Assembly: GCA_902588745.1 (NCBI GenBank)
Contig: CACIQI010000007.1
Span: forward strand, 2,271-66,270
Direction of reading: 5' to 3'
Source of the DNA: an uncultured Alphaproteobacteria bacterium
GTDB lineage: Bacteria > Pseudomonadota > Alphaproteobacteria > HIMB59 > GCA-002718135
DNA length: 64,000 nucleotides
Under the pieces are notes generated by a model. The model was given only the letters and a program-made list of their open reading frames with translations, did no database searches and was not told the DNA's origin. The translations under genes and the position numbers were made by a program. Shown piece after piece: positions 62,228-64,000 of the stretch; positions within the stretch are counted from its first letter, which is position 1; every line of letters starts with the position of its first letter.

Positions 62228-62273
62228 AATTTATATGTAAGAAATATATATCTATTATCAAGCTATATTAAAT

Positions 62274-62954
62274 CTAATTTTCTAAAATTGATTTTTTATC
62301 CCCAATATGTCTAATTTTTGACGGAATTACATAACCTTTGATTTGATGTTTTTTTATTAATTTTGTCCAAACTTCATTCATAGAGAATATTTTTTTTCTA
62401 TTATTAAAGATATTCTTAGATACGATTTGAAGACCAGAATAATACAATTTCTCATTATTACTTTTCCAATTTATGACTACATTTCTTTTTAAATTAAAGT
62501 CGCCATTTTCTTTTTTTAAACCTAAAAAATTAATATCTTTAGACAATAACATTTTACAGTGAGAAACATCTTGATAATTACCAAGAAAATATTTGATATG
62601 TGATTTATTTTTTTTAGTCCAAAAAATATCAGAATTAACAACACAGATTTTATTTCTTTTTGTATGATTAAAAATATTTTTTACTCCTCCTCCTGTACCA
62701 AGTATTTTTTTTTCATAGATAATCTGAAAGCGATGATTTTTGAAATTCTTGTTCATATACTTTTTAATTTTATGATGTAAGTAATGTGTATTTATTAAGA
62801 TTTCATCACATCCAATATTAGTAAAGAAATCAATTGTGTTCTTTAATAATACTTTTTTTTTATATTTTAAGAGAGGTTTTGGGGTACTGCGTGTTAAATT
62901 CAACATTCTTGATCCGAAACCTGCACATAAAATCATTAATGTAAAATTCTTCAT
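62274..62954 (-). CDS. murU: Nucleotidyltransferase, MurU-like
   Basis: MILCAGFGSRM..LT..TPKPLL, INTHYL, LGTGGG, VNSD; downstream of an amgK-like gene. Confidence 0.78.
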   Translation of the reverse strand: MKNFTLMILCAGFGSRMLNLTRSTPKPLLKYKKKVLLKNTIDFFTNIGCDEILINTHYLHHKIKKYMNKNFKNHRFQIIYEKKILGTGGGVKNIFNHTKRNKICVVNSDIFWTKKNKSHIKYFLGNYQDVSHCKMLLSKDINFLGLKKENGDFNLKRNVVINWKSNNEKLYYSGLQIVSKNIFNNRKKIFSMNEVWTKLIKKHQIKGYVIPSKIRHIGDKKSILEN

Positions 62955-62957
62955 AAA

Positions 62958-63875
62958 TTATAAATACTTTTCATAAATTGATCTTAGTTCATAATTTTTA
63001 ATATTATTCAATATCGCTATTGTTCTAGATTTAGTTATTTTTAAATAATCTAAGTATTGATTATCATTATTTGTTCTAAGCAATTTTCTCCATCTACCAA
63101 GTAATCGCGTCTGTCGAGCTAAACTCAAAACATAATATTGTTCCCGAAAAGTATTGAGATTTTCACTAATTGTCGTGTTATCATGAAAATATTTAATTAA
63201 TTTATCATTGTAATCTCTTGTAAAATTAATTCTTGGATTTTCTAATAATGATAGTAGATCCCATCCTATAAATCCCATAAAAGCACTTTGAAAATCAATA
63301 ATTCCACATTGTAAATGGGAATCATAATTTTCTAAAAAAAATAAATTAACAAATTCAAAATCTTTGTGAACAAAATTTTTCATATTATAATTTTGAGAAT
63401 GAAATATACTTTTCCATAATTCATAAAATTTTGAAGTTGGAAAATTTGAATTTTTATTGGTAGGAATATAATAAGTAACAAACTCTTTAAGTTCAATTTT
63501 TAAATCTTCAAAGGTATATTCTTTTAAATTTTTTAAATTATTTAAATGTGATTCATTTTGAATAGCAATTATATTATCTACAGCTAGTTTTAAAAGTTTA
63601 TAAAGATTATCTTTATTGTATATTTTATTAAATCTATTTTTTCCAAAATCTTGCATATAAATTTTATATTGCTTTTGATTAACTTCGTATATCTTGGGGA
63701 TTGATATATTAATCTTTACTAATATTTCATAAACATTAAGGAAATTTTTAAACTCTTGTTTATCTCTAGAAAAATCAATTATTATTTTAGTATTCTCTTT
63801 TTCTGTAATTCTATAAATTAATTTATTAGATAATCCGTCCTCAATTTTTTCTAAACCATTATGATCAGAATTCAT
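62958..63875 (-). CDS. amgK: APH-family phosphotransferase, AmgK-like
   Basis: MQDFG, HKDF...NL, GIIDFQ, DLLSLL; tsaE-amgK-murU context. Confidence 0.72.
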   Translation of the reverse strand: MNSDHNGLEKIEDGLSNKLIYRITEKENTKIIIDFSRDKQEFKNFLNVYEILVKINISIPKIYEVNQKQYKIYMQDFGKNRFNKIYNKDNLYKLLKLAVDNIIAIQNESHLNNLKNLKEYTFEDLKIELKEFVTYYIPTNKNSNFPTSKFYELWKSIFHSQNYNMKNFVHKDFEFVNLFFLENYDSHLQCGIIDFQSAFMGFIGWDLLSLLENPRINFTRDYNDKLIKYFHDNTTISENLNTFREQYYVLSLARQTRLLGRWRKLLRTNNDNQYLDYLKITKSRTIAILNNIKNYELRSIYEKYL

Positions 63876-63879
63876 TAGA

Positions 63880-63999
63880 CTATTCTTTAAAACTAATATT
63901 AATATTTCTTTTAGTTTCTGAAATCATATCTAAATTTATTAAATAATGATTTTTGTTTAGTGGTAAATTAATTAACATTTCAGGCCATTCTATAAATGT
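63880..63999 (-). CDS. tsaE: TsaE (tRNA t6A ATPase), C-terminal part (cut by window edge)
   Basis: Manual translation TFIEWPEM...KRNINISFKE*; IEWPE motif and synteny. Confidence 0.75.
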   Translation of the reverse strand, partial: TFIEWPEMLINLPLNKNHYLINLDMISETKRNINISFKE

Positions 64000-64000
64000 A

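Overview
This is a very AT-rich, densely packed chromosomal segment of a streamlined alphaproteobacterium. Gene order and sequences suggest a marine SAR11-like or HIMB59-like lineage (inference). Most of the window is core housekeeping: argB-dapD-dapE, truA-fmt-def-recR-ybaB-dnaX with the SRP RNA, pheA-kdsB/cycM-hisN-yejABEF, tRNA-Ser, lepA-pheTS-rplT-rpmI-infC, LPS glycosyltransferases, gltDB, rnd-kdsD-lptCAB-aroA-cmk-rpsA-ihfB-pyrF-trpFBA-accD-folC, and trxA-murU-amgK-tsaE. About 13 kb of extra genes lie between dapE and truA. They include the best novelty candidate, an uncharacterised catabolic operon at 5069-11878: a Tat-exported sugar-type binding protein, a creatininase-family hydrolase, an unknown probable TIM-barrel protein, an MBL-fold hydrolase, two CUT1 permeases and a Gfo/Idh/MocA dehydrogenase. 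It has no ATPase or regulator of its own. Divergent from it is an unannotated 58-aa ORF with an RBS, an upstream palindromic LysR-type box, a C-terminal -AA tail and a terminator. Other points are a structured rpmI leader, an AT-shifted SRP RNA, and the absence of addAB from its usual place between murU and trxA. No mobile elements, CRISPR arrays or rRNA were seen.
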